From assembly GCA_951406725.2 (NCBI GenBank), contig OX597816.1, forward strand, positions 102,424,001 to 102,488,000: a DNA stretch of 64,000 bases. Reading direction: 5' to 3'. The notes below the pieces were generated by a model. It did not search any database. It was given only the letters and a program-made list of their open reading frames with translations, and had not been told where the DNA came from. Origin of the DNA: Octopus vulgaris (taxonomy: Eukaryota). The position numbers and the translations under genes were made by a program. The number at the start of each line of letters is the position of its first letter. Positions within the stretch are counted from its first letter, which is position 1. Shown here piece after piece: positions 1 to 13,481 of this stretch.

Positions 1-214
1 ATGTATGCATGCATGCATGCATGTATGTATGTATGTATGTATGTATGTATGTATGTATGCATGCATGCAAGCATGCATGCATGTATGTATGTATGTATGT
101 ATGTATGTATGTATGTATGCATGCATGCATGTATGTATGTATGTATGAATGTATTATGTATGTATATGTGTGTGTTGTGTGTATGTGTGTGTAGTGTGTG
201 TGTATGTATATATA

Positions 215-266
<52 letters not shown>
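1..266. repeat. Compound (ATGT)n/(ATGC)n/(GT)n microsatellite
   Basis: Directly visible; explains ORFs 1..306 and 9..194. Confidence 0.95.
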
Positions 267-609
267 CCTCTGTCTTTGTGTTTGTATTTGTCTCCCTGCC
301 GCTTGAAAATTGGCGGTGGTTTTTTTTTTCTTGTGGCTCCGTAACATAACAGATTGGGCAAAAACAAAGACTGAATTAGTACCAGGTAAAAAGTATTGGG
401 TCGATTTCTTCGACTAAAACCTTCGATGTGTTTTCCCCTAGGATGGTCGCAGTCCAATGAATGAAATACAGATAACTGACCTCCCCCATATGCATATATG
501 TGTGGATATGTTGCTTGAATTCATTTATATTGCGATATGATTTTGTTTTATGCAGAGTGACGTGTATGCGCTGACATAAACGAATGTATACATAAAATAA
601 CCACCCCAT

Positions 610-920
610 AAACCTGGTCACGACGACGATGGTTCCAGTTGATTTGATCAACGGAACAGCCTACTTGTGAAATTAACGTGCAAATGGCTGAGTACTCCGC
701 AGACACGAATACTCGTAACGTAGTTCTCTGGGAGATTCAGTGTGATACAGAATGTGTCAAAGCTGGTCCTTTGAAATACAGGTACTACTCATTTTTGCCA
801 AGTGAGTGGACTGGAGCAACGTGAAATAAAGTGTCTTGCTCAAGGACACAACACGCCGCCGGGAATCGGACTCATGACCTTACGACCTGGAATAGAATAC
901 CTTAATCACTGGCGATGCTC
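610..920 (-). mobile_element. tRNA-headed SINE: family B-type head and core joined to tail X
   Basis: Minus-strand core CTTGAGCAAGACACTTTATTTCACGTTGCTCCAG matches 5127-5160; 610-786 aligns with 40255-40426. Confidence 0.8.
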
Positions 921-999
921 CTTCTCTAAACGAATACACATATTCATGCACCTCCCCACACACCTGCACACACTTTCATACGTGTACATCTATGTATAG

Positions 1000-1210
1000 T
1001 AAATTTCTCTCCTTTTTTCTCTCCCTTTTTCTCTCTCCTTTTTTCTCTCCTTGTTTCTCTCCTTGTTTCTTTCTGTGTTCCTTTCTGTGGAAGAGCGTAG
1101 GCTCGAAACGTTAAAGACTTTTTAAATTCCCGAGCGTTATACAAATACATCTGTTTGTTTTCTACACCACCTGTCTTCGTCTTTTGTTTTTTTCGTGAAT
1201 TCTCCCTATA
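1000..1210 (+). mobile_element. Penelope-type 3' terminal fragment with variant hammerhead motif
   Basis: 1081-1210 aligns with 55321-55449, which ends a GIY-YIG-bearing fragment. Confidence 0.65.
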
Positions 1211-1768
1211 GTAAATAATAAAGGATTTAAATCGGTTATAAGTAAACTGTGGCTTACGAGAATTTCTGAACGGTACGCCAACGGAAAGTTACTTTCAATT
1301 TTTTTAGTAGTGCGGCCTGCTTGATGATGAGACATGTCTCATGGTTTGCTTCTCGAAAAGGGTTTCCCTGCCTAGTTTGACTTAATACTCAACGCACAAG
1401 CGGCGAATTAGCAGAATCGTTAGAGCTTCTGCCAGAAGCTCCTATAATATTCGTTCTGACAGTCTATGGTCAAATCCCGTCGAGCACTACTTATCCTTTC
1501 CTCTTCTTTTCTTCTCTTCGCTGATTGTCACTTCATTTCAATTGGTCCATTCAGTCTTGTTACAAGCGTGTCACGCTGATTCGGCATTGAGAGTAAGTCT
1601 CTGTCAAGTGCTGAGACTCTTACACACGGATTTCGTGAACTAGAATTCTGTCAATGGAACCAATGTTTATTGTTGACACCGAGGAAGAACCAAACATATA
1701 CAGTTTATATAGCAATAATGCGTATTTCTATTTCGACTTTTCAAATAAATATGTATGTTCGAACTCAG

Positions 1769-1834
<66 letters not shown>

Positions 1835-1835
<1 letters not shown>

Positions 1836-1968
1836 CGATGGGCTCCTTTCAGTTTCCGTTTACCAAATCCACTCATAGGGACTATAGTAGAAGAAACTTG
1901 CCCAACGTGCCACGCAGTGGGACTGAACCCGGAACCATGTGGTTAGGAAGTAAGCTTCTTACCACACC
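1835..1968 (-). mobile_element. SINE family A, 5' half
   Basis: Reverse complement matches part of 41160-41320. Confidence 0.8.
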
Positions 1969-1989
1969 CCTGTACCTATATATATACAT

Positions 1990-2020
<31 letters not shown>

Positions 2021-2039
2021 CATACATATATATATATAC

Positions 2040-2070
<31 letters not shown>

Positions 2071-2077
2071 CATACAT

Positions 2078-2157
<80 letters not shown>

Positions 2158-2664
2158 CACGTCATGTTTGAGGCTCCGATGATGCTTATAAGGGGTTATT
2201 CAAGCACTCGACTATAAGTCCACTGCATCTTATGGCAGAAGCAACTGTAAGCTAATGAAGTTCATAAGATAATTGCTTATTCTTTTGCCATCTCAATTTC
2301 TGCATATATATATATATCCACCGTCCACACATACACACACTCAAAGAAATATATGTTCCGTCCCACCAAATTTCACTCAACCTATTGATCTGTGGTAGAA
2401 AACATTTGCCCAATATAGGGTTTGAATCCGGATGTAAGCGGTTGCGAAACGAGCTACATATTCACATAGGCAAACCAGCGTGATAAGCAAAACGTTAAAA
2501 ACTACATATGCAAACCAAAACGTACTCCCTGATGAACTCAACCATATTCATACCTGTATATGTATATATTCCGTATTAATACATCCTTTTCACTAAAAAA
2601 AAAAGAAGAGAGAATTTTTGAAGATTGACACTGATATATATAGATTTTCGTTATATATTGTTGC

Positions 2665-2755
<91 letters not shown>

Positions 2756-2812
2756 CATCCATCCATCCATCCATCCATCCATCCATCCATCCATCCATCC
2801 ATCCATCCATCC

Positions 2813-2890
<78 letters not shown>
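2665..2890. repeat. (TATC)n-(TCCA)n-(TATC)n compound microsatellite
   Basis: Directly visible. Confidence 0.95.
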
Positions 2891-3109
2891 ACACACATAT
2901 ACATGGGTGTGCGTGTGGTGTGCGTGCATATATATCACACACACGTACACACACACACACATGCATATTATATAATATACATATATATATATATACTTTA
3001 TTAAAAAGCAGCAAAAAAAATCACAAAAAGTTACTCAGAGTTTCACGTTCCCGTTCGTCGAACAGCTTTGTATATATATATACATACATACATACATACA
3101 TACATAAAT

Positions 3110-3151
<42 letters not shown>

Positions 3152-3194
3152 ACATACGTACGTACATACATACATACATACATACATACATACA

Positions 3195-3227
<33 letters not shown>

Positions 3228-3679
3228 GTATGCGCATGTATGTATGTGTGTGTGTGCATTACACACTCATACAATGTACACACATATATATATATTGTGA
3301 ATATATATACGAGTGTGTGTATGTGTGTTGACGTGCTTTACAACTTTCGTCACAGCCATGTAGTAACCAACCAACTGCTAGCTATCCCATGATGCATCCC
3401 GATCCTGGTATTCGCTATATGCTCTCAGTGAAACAGAAGGAGGTGCAGCGAGTAACTGAAAGAAACAGAGAAATTGAGAAGAAGGGTGTAAGAAAGAGGG
3501 TGAGTGGGAGTTAGGTTTTCAAAAAGCATTAAGGGTTGAAATAGAGATATAGAAAGAAAGTTAAAAAGAAACACAAGAAAAGCCTAAGAGACAACACAAA
3601 TATGTATTGAGAAAACACAGTGACGTTTCGTGGAGAGTGGGTAAGAGAATGTGAGTGAATTTATGTGTGTGTGTGTGTG

Positions 3680-3729
<50 letters not shown>

Positions 3730-4059
3730 TGAGGGATAGGGATAGGGAGAAGGAGGGAGGGAGAGGTGAAGTCAGTAAGTGAATGAGAAAAAGAGACTGT
3801 TACTGGAACAAAGAAAGATAGAGAGAGAGAGAGACAGAGAAAAGTGTTAGTAAAGGATAAAAGGGATAGAACTATAGCGAGAGAATAATACTCTGAGAGC
3901 GAGAGAGAAAGAGAGAGATAGAGAGAGAAAGGAAGAGAGAGAGAGAGAGAAAGTGAGAGCGAAGGAGAAAATGAGAGGGATGGAGAGAGATAAAGTAGAA
4001 ATAAAGAGAGAGAGAGAGTGAGTGAGAGAAAGTAGAAATAAAGACAGAGTGAGTGAGTG

Positions 4060-4095
<36 letters not shown>

Positions 4096-5041
4096 TAAGA
4101 GAAAGAGAGAAGGGGTCGATGATTGATAGAATAAATTGTATGCTAGCCTGAAAGGTAGATAGAATGGTAAAGACTGAATTAATGAAAGGTAGGGAGAAAA
4201 AGACATAAGGAGGGACGGAAGGAAAGAAAACCACAGAGAGAAAAGGAAGGTCAAATGTCTTAAGATTGAATGTGAACACGTGAAAGTTAGGCTGATGAGA
4301 AGGGGAGAAGGGGAAAACATGGAGGCTGGTAATTTACAGAAGCCGGCATTCATTTTAAAGTGCAAGTGGGAGTATACTGTAGTACAGTGGTGAGAGGATA
4401 TAAGGGAGTTGCAGCAAGCTGATTGGTCAGTCAGTGTATTGTCTGATTGCCATCTATTGGACGGCGGCAGAACTAACGGCTTTTGATGGCTTCGTATCAT
4501 GTAAGTGACGGTGATGGTGTTACTAGTGGCGTTAATGGTAGTGGAAGTAGTAGTCATAATCAGAATAGTGTGGTTGTAATTATTGTTGTTGGTGTTGGTG
4601 GTGATGACACTAAAAGCAGTGATAGTGGAAGGTAGTGATGGTTTTGATGTTGGTGGTGGTTGAGGTGGAGGTATTGATGGCGCTAGTGTTGATAGAGAAG
4701 TGCTGCTGGTGGCGAAAGCGATGGTTTTTGTGATGTTTCGGTAGTAGTATAGATAGCATTGTAGTAATATCACAGGAGATTGTATTGGCTATTGTAGTAG
4801 TTTTAGTAATTGTGGTTACTGTAGCGGTGTTATTTTTTGTTGTAGTGGTGTATGTATTGGTTGTAGTGCTAATGTTTCGCAGTAATGGTTAGTGGTACTA
4901 GTATAGGTAATAGTGATTTTGCTGTAAAAAATAACAGTACTAGTAGCAGTTATGATGTAAGTAGTAGTAGTAGTAGTAGTAGTTCTGCTATAGGTTTGTA
5001 CTACAGGCAGAGGTAGTGATATTAATATTGCAGTAGTGTGA

Positions 5042-5378
5042 AGGCGCATGGCTCAGTGGTTAGAGCGTCGAGCTTAAGATCGTGAGGTTGTGAGCTCGAA
5101 TCCCGGACCGGGCTGCGTGTTGTGTTCTTGAGCAAGGCACTTTATTTCACGTTGCTCCAGTTCACTCAGCTGTAGAAATGAGTTGCGACGTCACTGGTGC
5201 CAAGCTGTATCGACCTTTGTCTTTCCCTTGGATAAACACTGGTGGCGTGGAGAGGGGAGGCTGGTATGCACGGGCGACTGCTGGTCTTCCATAAACAACC
5301 TTGCCCAGACTTGTGTCTAGGAGGGTAACTTTCTAGGTGCAATCCCATGGTCATTCATGACCGAAGGGGGTCTTTACC
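5042..5378 (+). mobile_element. SINE family B, full length
   Basis: A-box TGGCTCAGTGG, B-box-like GCTCGAATCCC; collinear copies at 7742 and 49822. Confidence 0.85.
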
Positions 5379-5387
5379 CAGTGTAAA

Positions 5388-5601
5388 AGGCGGTGGCAGA
5401 ATCGTTAGCACGCAACATAAAACGCTTAACGGCATTTCGTCAGTCTTTGTGTTCTGAGTTCAAATTCCGCTGAGGTCGACTTTGCCTTTCAATCTTTCGG
5501 GGTCGACCAAATAAGTACCAGTTAGCCATTGGGACCGATCTAATCGACTTGCCCACTCCTCCAGCATTGCCGGCCTTGTGCCAACATTTGAAACCAATAT
5601 T
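5388..5601 (+). mobile_element. SINE family C
   Basis: Head GGCAGAATCGTTAGCAC...GAGTTCAAATTCC and central GTCGACTTTGCCTTTCA..CTTTCGGGGTCGA block (recalled as Meta-SINE-like, unverified); many copies in window. Confidence 0.8.
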
Positions 5602-5732
5602 GTAGTAGCGTTGGTAGAACTATAGTGTCGTTATAGGTGATGGTCATGTTAGGGTTGTCAGTACTGGTTAATAGTACAGGTGTTGTTAGTCGTGGTTAAT
5701 GGTATTAGCTTTATTATAGTTCGTAGCACTGC

Positions 5733-6109
5733 TACTTACTCTTTACACTTTTACTTGTTTCAGTCATTTGACTGCGGCCATACTGGAGCACCGCCTTTAG
5801 TCGAGCAACTCGACCCCGGGACTTATTCTTTGTAAGCCCAGTACTTATTCTATCGGTCTCTTTTGCCGAACCGCTAAGTGACGGGGACGTAAACACACCA
5901 GCATCGGTTGTCAAGCAATGCTAGGGGGACAAACACAGACACACAAACACACACACATGCACATATATATATATATATATATACATATATACGACAGGCT
6001 TCATTCAGTTTCCGTCTACCAAATCCACTCACAAGGCATTGGTCGGCCCGGGGCTATAGCAGAAGACACTTGCCCAAGATGCCACGCAGTGGGACTGAAC
6101 CCGGAACCA
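5733..6109 (-). mobile_element. SINE family A, near full length
   Basis: Near-identical to reverse complement of about 41200-41580, including internal microsatellite and tail. Confidence 0.9.
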
Positions 6110-6790
6110 CTACTTGTGGTAGTGTCAGGGTTGTTGTAGTGGTGTGTGGCGTTGGAGTCGTTAGAAGTGGTGGTCCTGGTAGGAGTGGTAATGTTAGTGG
6201 TATTGGTTTGATAGTGCTGATGATGTTGGTGTTGGTAGTGGCAATGTTAGTAACGGTCGTATTGATTATAAACAATGGTATTGCTAACAGCCCTTGTTTA
6301 GCCCCAGGTCAGACTCGATCCAAAAGGACTATAATCAAAAGTATTCCAACAATGGCTATCCAGTTCTTTTTCCTACACACAAGAAAACAAAGGTTAACAT
6401 TAATCGGCGTGCTCTATCGTTTTCTTTTGTTTTGTAGGTGGTAGGGTATGATATTAGAGAGATTTAGCCGCACTTTCTAGTAGATAGTACGACCAGGTAA
6501 AGGCTTGTTACAACTGTAGAAATTAGAGGTGTTGGCGGCGACGGTGTTAGTAGTAGTAGTAGTAGTTGTAGAAACAGCAGCAGTAGCTGTAATAGCAGCA
6601 GCATTAGAAAAATATGAAATATGTAAGAGACACTTTAAGACAGAAAAATGAAATTGTTGGCAATTTCTATACTTTATACAATATATACTTCTTATATATA
6701 TATATAAATTGCTCCGTTTGTGTTTACTAAACCAGAGTTGTGTATAGGGGGAAGGAGCAGAAATATGGCTAATATATATATATATGTGTG

Positions 6791-6882
<92 letters not shown>

Positions 6883-6955
6883 GGTCCCGGGTTGATTCGG
6901 GGTTAACCACAGTAAATAAATATATGTATGTATATAAATATATGTATGTATATAA

Positions 6956-7005
<50 letters not shown>

Positions 7006-7306
7006 CGGGAAGCTTTATGAAAATAGACAAAAGACGAAGGAATATATATATATGTGTATATATGCACATGTGTGTGTGTGCATGTGTGCGATTTTATTCT
7101 TATTTGTTACAGTGAATGCCCTGCGAACATGCAGAGGCACCACCTTAAAGGATTTAGTTGTACTTATACATATATAAGTACTGCAGTACTTATATCGGTC
7201 ACTTTTTGTCGAAGCGCTAAAATACGAAACTTAAGTCATCACTATCGCTGCGACAGGGACAGACACGAAGACGTACAAGCACAAATGTACATACAGGGTG
7301 TATCTG

Positions 7307-7391
<85 letters not shown>

Positions 7392-7452
7392 GTCTGTCTG
7401 TCTATCTTTCTGTCTGTCTGTCTGTCTTTCTGTCTGTCTGTCCGTCTATCTA

Positions 7453-7486
<34 letters not shown>

Positions 7487-7612
7487 ACTTGCGCGTGCGT
7501 GTGTATACACACACGTACGCGCGCGCGCGCACACACACACACGCACATATATATATGGATACATATGCATATAATGTATATATACACGTGCACATGCCCC
7601 TCCCACATTTAA

Positions 7613-7702
<90 letters not shown>

Positions 7703-7741
7703 CGCATATATATGTATATGTATATATCTGTGTGTGTGTGA

Positions 7742-8075
7742 AGGTGCATGGCTCAGTGGTTAGAGCGTTGAGCTTACGATCGTGAAATTGGGAGTTCGAT
7801 TCCTGGACCGGGCTGCATGTTGTGCTCTTGAGCAAGACACTTTATTTTCTGTTGCTCCAGTTTACTCAGCTGTAGAAATGAGTCTCGACGCCACTGGTGC
7901 CAAGCTGTTTCGGCCGTTGCCTTTCACTTGGATAATACCGGTGGCGTGCAGAGGGGGCTGGTATGCCTGGGCGACTGCTGGTCTTCACCGGCGAGGCGAC
8001 TTTCCGTCCACCAGATTTGTACCACGGAGGGGAACCTCTTAGGTGCACCCATGGTCATTCGTGACCGACAGAGTC
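7742..8075 (+). mobile_element. SINE family B
   Basis: Collinear with 5042-5378. Confidence 0.85.
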
Positions 8076-8290
8076 GAGTTTATATATATATATAGTACAA
8101 ATGACGTGTAATACACATACGCGCACGCATACACACACACAAACACACGTACAAACACGCATACATGTATATCTTTTGCCTTTTACTTCTTTGAGCTATT
8201 AGATTGCCGCCATATTGCTACAGAGACATAAATATACCAACACCGGTTGTCAAGCAGTGGTGAGGAACAAAGACACAGATACATGTATGA

Positions 8291-8335
<45 letters not shown>

Positions 8336-8539
8336 CGACGGGTGTCTTCCAGTTTCCATCAACCAAATCCATTCACTCGGCTTCGGTTGGCCCGAGGCAA
8401 TTGTAGGTGATACTTGCCCAAGATACCACGCAGTGGGACTGAACCCAGGATCATTTAGTTAGGGAGAAAGCTTCTTTCCACACACGCACACACACACACA
8501 CACACACATTTATAAATGTATATATGCATACATACATAC

Positions 8540-8702
<163 letters not shown>

Positions 8703-8830
8703 CAAACACATATTCAATTTTTACAATATCTTATAGTTATTGAAATTTGTATCTCTAAAATATCTGTCTATCTCTCTCTTTCTATCTTTGTCTGTATGTA
8801 TGTATGAATGTATGTGTGTGTGTGTGTGTG

Positions 8831-8864
<34 letters not shown>

Positions 8865-9231
8865 ACTATCAGTCTATCTATATATATGCGTATGCACGCA
8901 CACACACACAAACATATTGATATATGTATATATATACATATATCATACCTTTATACATTATATAATAAATATAATATATATGTGTAGTATAATATACATA
9001 AATGTATACATATACATATATATATATATATATATCTTACAAATATATTATATTATATATATAACAATTATATTATATTATATATATAATGTAGTATATA
9101 TATATATTACAACTGAATTGTATACTACACATACCTTATGATATATATTTAATGTAATATAATGTATAATATATACATACATATATATAACATATATATA
9201 TTGTATGTATATTTATATATATATATATATA

Positions 9232-9262
<31 letters not shown>

Positions 9263-9913
9263 ATACATAATATAGATTTCTAAGTTTTATTATAGATATG
9301 TGAGTGTATATGTGTGTATGTACGTGCGCGCGCGCATCTTCTTTTCATGTTGGATTATTTTTTACATGATCAATTTTATTTATTTCTGCTGTATTTTTTA
9401 AAATTTATTATTAGTATTATCATCTGTATTATTCTCACAAAAAGAAATTCCTACATCGAATATTGAAAATGAACAAGGACAAGAACTACAACAACAACAA
9501 CAACAACAACAATCACAATAATAATGATAAAACTGATAATAATAATAATAATTACTACAATAACAATAATGATACTGGTCGGTGGTTGTGTTGGGGATGG
9601 CTGGTAATATTGATAAGGCTAATGTTGATGCTGGTTAGTGTCATGTCATTTCGAGCTGGTGACGATGTTGGCTTGTATTGGTGGAAAAGACATTACGAAA
9701 ATGAAGAATGTTAAGGAAGAAATATAACAAGTAAAGAGAGAATTATATCGCACCCCAGGGCTATGTGCCTGATTATATAAATTGGAAAGAAAAAAAAGTG
9801 ATAGGAAAAAAAGTAGATGATAAAAAGTATATTGGAAAAAAATAAAAGCAAAAAAAAAAAAACGGGGATTTGATTAAAATTTAAGGAAATAAAACGGAAA
9901 GTTTGCAACTATT

Positions 9914-9944
<31 letters not shown>

Positions 9945-10088
9945 ATCTATGGGAGTGTCTATGTGTGCGTATTGTATTTCTCTACATAACGTATATGTAT
10001 ATGCATATATACACGCGCACACACACATACACATATTCATACATACATATATATATATATATATAGATATATATTCATACACATACCC

Positions 10089-10150
<62 letters not shown>

Positions 10151-10203
10151 TTCATATATTTATGTACATGTACATCCATGGTCACATTACACATATAATT
10201 ATA

Positions 10204-10240
<37 letters not shown>

Positions 10241-10311
10241 GCATGTATATACACACACATAAATATACATACATATATATGTGTATATATATATTTGTAT
10301 ATATATGTATA

Positions 10312-10390
<79 letters not shown>

Positions 10391-10714
10391 TACAACTGTA
10401 CACACATACACATACACACACGTGTATACACACACATATATGCGTGATTGGAAGGAAAAAGAATAACTGTTCAAGATGGTGGTTGTGGGGTGGCGTTTGG
10501 TGGCGAAAATACTTGGCGGTGATTGATAGATGTTATTGGGAGGAACTAGCATTGTCTACACGTGTGTCATAGAGGAAAATTATGGGAGTTCGTCAAGGAA
10601 TCATATTTGTACGACAGATATTGTGGCATTACAAATTCTGTCATTGTATATGAGCTCATAGTGAGGGTTTATTTATTTTTGCGTACTTGTGTATGGAATA
10701 GGGTGTATGTGTGT

Positions 10715-10752
<38 letters not shown>

Positions 10753-10954
10753 ATGTTTTAGATTCGCATATATAAAGTATATAATGCATAAGAATACACA
10801 ATCATGTATGTTTAAATGTTTAATAGCTTCAAGCCTATTCAATGTCTATTGTACTTTATGTGAATAAATGTGTGTGCATATGTGTATGTACGTATGCAGC
10901 TATGTATTTAGGTCTATGTATGCACGGCATACGTATCTGTCCTATATTTATGAG

Positions 10955-11028
<74 letters not shown>

Positions 11029-11054
11029 AGCCCTGTGTGGCCATAACAAAAACA

Positions 11055-11153
<99 letters not shown>

Positions 11154-11766
11154 ACAGTAATTACAAAGATATAAATGCGTATATTGTTAAATATATTTAA
11201 ATGAATTTTTGAGTGTATATGTATGTACGTATTTATGTGTGTGTATTTGTGTGTATTTATGTACATATATATGCACTCATATACACACATGCACACGCAC
11301 ACATACACACACACACACACACACAAGTGTGTTTATAGTTGACTGTTCCTATCCCTCTGTTATCGATTAAACCATGCAATATTTTATGCTTATCTTGCTT
11401 CTTTGTGTGTGTATGTGTGCGTGTGTATGTGTGTGTGTGTGTGTGTGTCTCTGTGTGTGTGTGTGTGTGTGTATGCGCGCACGTGGAATGGTGGCGATGA
11501 AGCAATGGCATGGCCATATATCACGTGCTGAAACATACAAACGAAATGTGAAAGTGTCTATTTATACAAACAATTTAAATTTATATATGAAATATTAAAT
11601 TAGTAAATCATAGCACGTATATAATTAGCAACATTTGTAGACGAACAGGCAGGCTTATTACATACAATACCGGCACACTCAATGTGCACATACATACCAC
11701 CATACATACAAACATATATACCTACATATTTACAAAAGAACACTAAACATTATGCCTTTATAAATA

Positions 11767-11987
11767 TACGAAGGCTTGCTAAAAAGTTTTTGGCTTCAAG
11801 GGTGTCGCGAAAGGCTTGGTTGGAGGCCCGACCTTCAGAGTTCTTTTACAGGGCTTAGAAAAACTGAAAAACCGCTACAGCATGTGTGTGAATCTGAGAG
11901 GGGGATATCTTGAATAAAATCATAATTAACTGATCCGCTTGTATTTTCTTTAACCGGAAGCCATGAACTTTTCAGCACCCTCACGTA
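11767..11987 (+). mobile_element. Mariner-derived MITE (internal deletion derivative)
   Basis: TACG...CGTA ends with imperfect TIRs (TGCTAAAAAGTTTTTGGCTT / AAGCCATGAACTTTTCAGCA); interior reads QGLEKLKNRYSMCVNLRGGYLE*, like mariner transposase C-termini; second copy at 52890. Confidence 0.75.
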
Positions 11988-12439
11988 CATTGGGGAATAC
12001 AGTCTACCATATAATTTCATAAACATAAATTCGCACTCATGCATATACACAGAAATGCGTCCATGAGGAAGCCCACAGATTTACACGTGCGATTAACGAG
12101 ATAAGTAGTTGAGAAATTACTTAAAATGTCTGTCGAATTAGCCAATTTATAAACGAAACTGTTTGTGACTGGTTAAAATGGATAGCGGTTTAAATCACTA
12201 ATGGCAGCCATATTGGATTTCTGAGCGTGAAAATCTTCCACGTCCCTGTTAAGACATCCAATGCAAAACCAGTTTCAACAGCTAGGAAGGTAACACAATG
12301 AATGGATGTTAGGAAGTGGCACGATGCACTGTGAAGTTTGTGATAGCATTTGAGCATTTTATGTTCTGAGTTCAAATCCCATGAAAGTTTTCTAGTTTAC
12401 TCCGGGGCTTGACTAGTTATTCTGTTTTATATCGTTCGC

Positions 12440-12440
<1 letters not shown>

Positions 12441-12500
<60 letters not shown>
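12441..12500. repeat. (TAC)n microsatellite
   Basis: Directly visible. Confidence 0.95.
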
Positions 12501-12502
<2 letters not shown>

Positions 12503-13438
12503 TTTAGTCATCGTGGGTTACAGTTTTTTATGAGTCGCCGCACAGTTTAATACTTTCGTAGCCTAAGTGTGCAAATGCAGATAAAAACTGTCTGATCTCA
12601 ACTGAATGAAGGCAGCAGCACGATCCTTACAATGGTTCCAGCTGATAGCTGGTTTCGTCCTACATGCGATAGCAGATGTTCGACACAACTCCACAAATCA
12701 GTGATGCACGGCGCGAGCGCAAGCAGAAAGGTTTCGTTACTCTTGGTGTATCTCGGACAGGCCCTCATTGACCGCCAACCTGAAAGTCTTCCGGAACAGA
12801 TCAACCAGTTGAATTTCGTCTGCAACAAGAGTTTTCTTGATAATGTTGACGTATTTACTTACTACTAATCCTAGAACACTAATGTGGAATTTCCGCTGAT
12901 CGCATTGCTTCACTGGTTAGAGCAGTGAGCTCTTGACAACATTCTATATGCAAAAGTTCTATCTTAGTCATAGGTTGATCCAGTATTGTAGCTCTCTCTC
13001 TAAGAAACGAAGTATAGAATAATGCGTCTGACAAATGTCAACCACAGCTGTTCACTGTACATAAATCGCTTGAAATGTTGTAGCCTTAGCGCAAGCTAAC
13101 GCATCATCAGCCACAACAAGTCAAGTCCACTAAGTATCCTTCCATAAAAGACGGCACAACAAACGTTCCAGTCCGGTCAGGTGAGAATCGGGACAAAAAT
13201 CGACGGTCAGGTGTTAATAGATAACGGGGATTACTGTAGATGCCTGGGTAAACATGTGCAGACTAACATAACCTGTCTCATTCTGTGTTTAGCCTCCGTC
13301 AGGTTTTAAAATGCCCGTGGCATGCTCTATGTCATAACAGCGTCCTTACGACTCCGTCAAGATTTGGGGATCCAAGGCAAGAGAGAGAGAGGGGGGGGAG
13401 TGTGTGTGTGTGTGTGTGAGCGAGAGAGAGAGAAAGTA

Positions 13439-13481
<43 letters not shown>

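Noticed and set aside
4410-4510. ATTGG (CCAAT-box) pair and a GTAAGT site
   Set aside because: Short motifs expected by chance; no supporting gene context.
3847-4773. 308-aa minus-strand ORF
   Set aside because: Built from (CT)-rich and degenerate (ACC/ACT) repeats; no domain recognised.
5042-5115. tRNA-like sequences at SINE heads (also 40550-40625, 46567-46645)
   Set aside because: They continue into SINE bodies and lack a clean cloverleaf, so they are not called tRNA genes.
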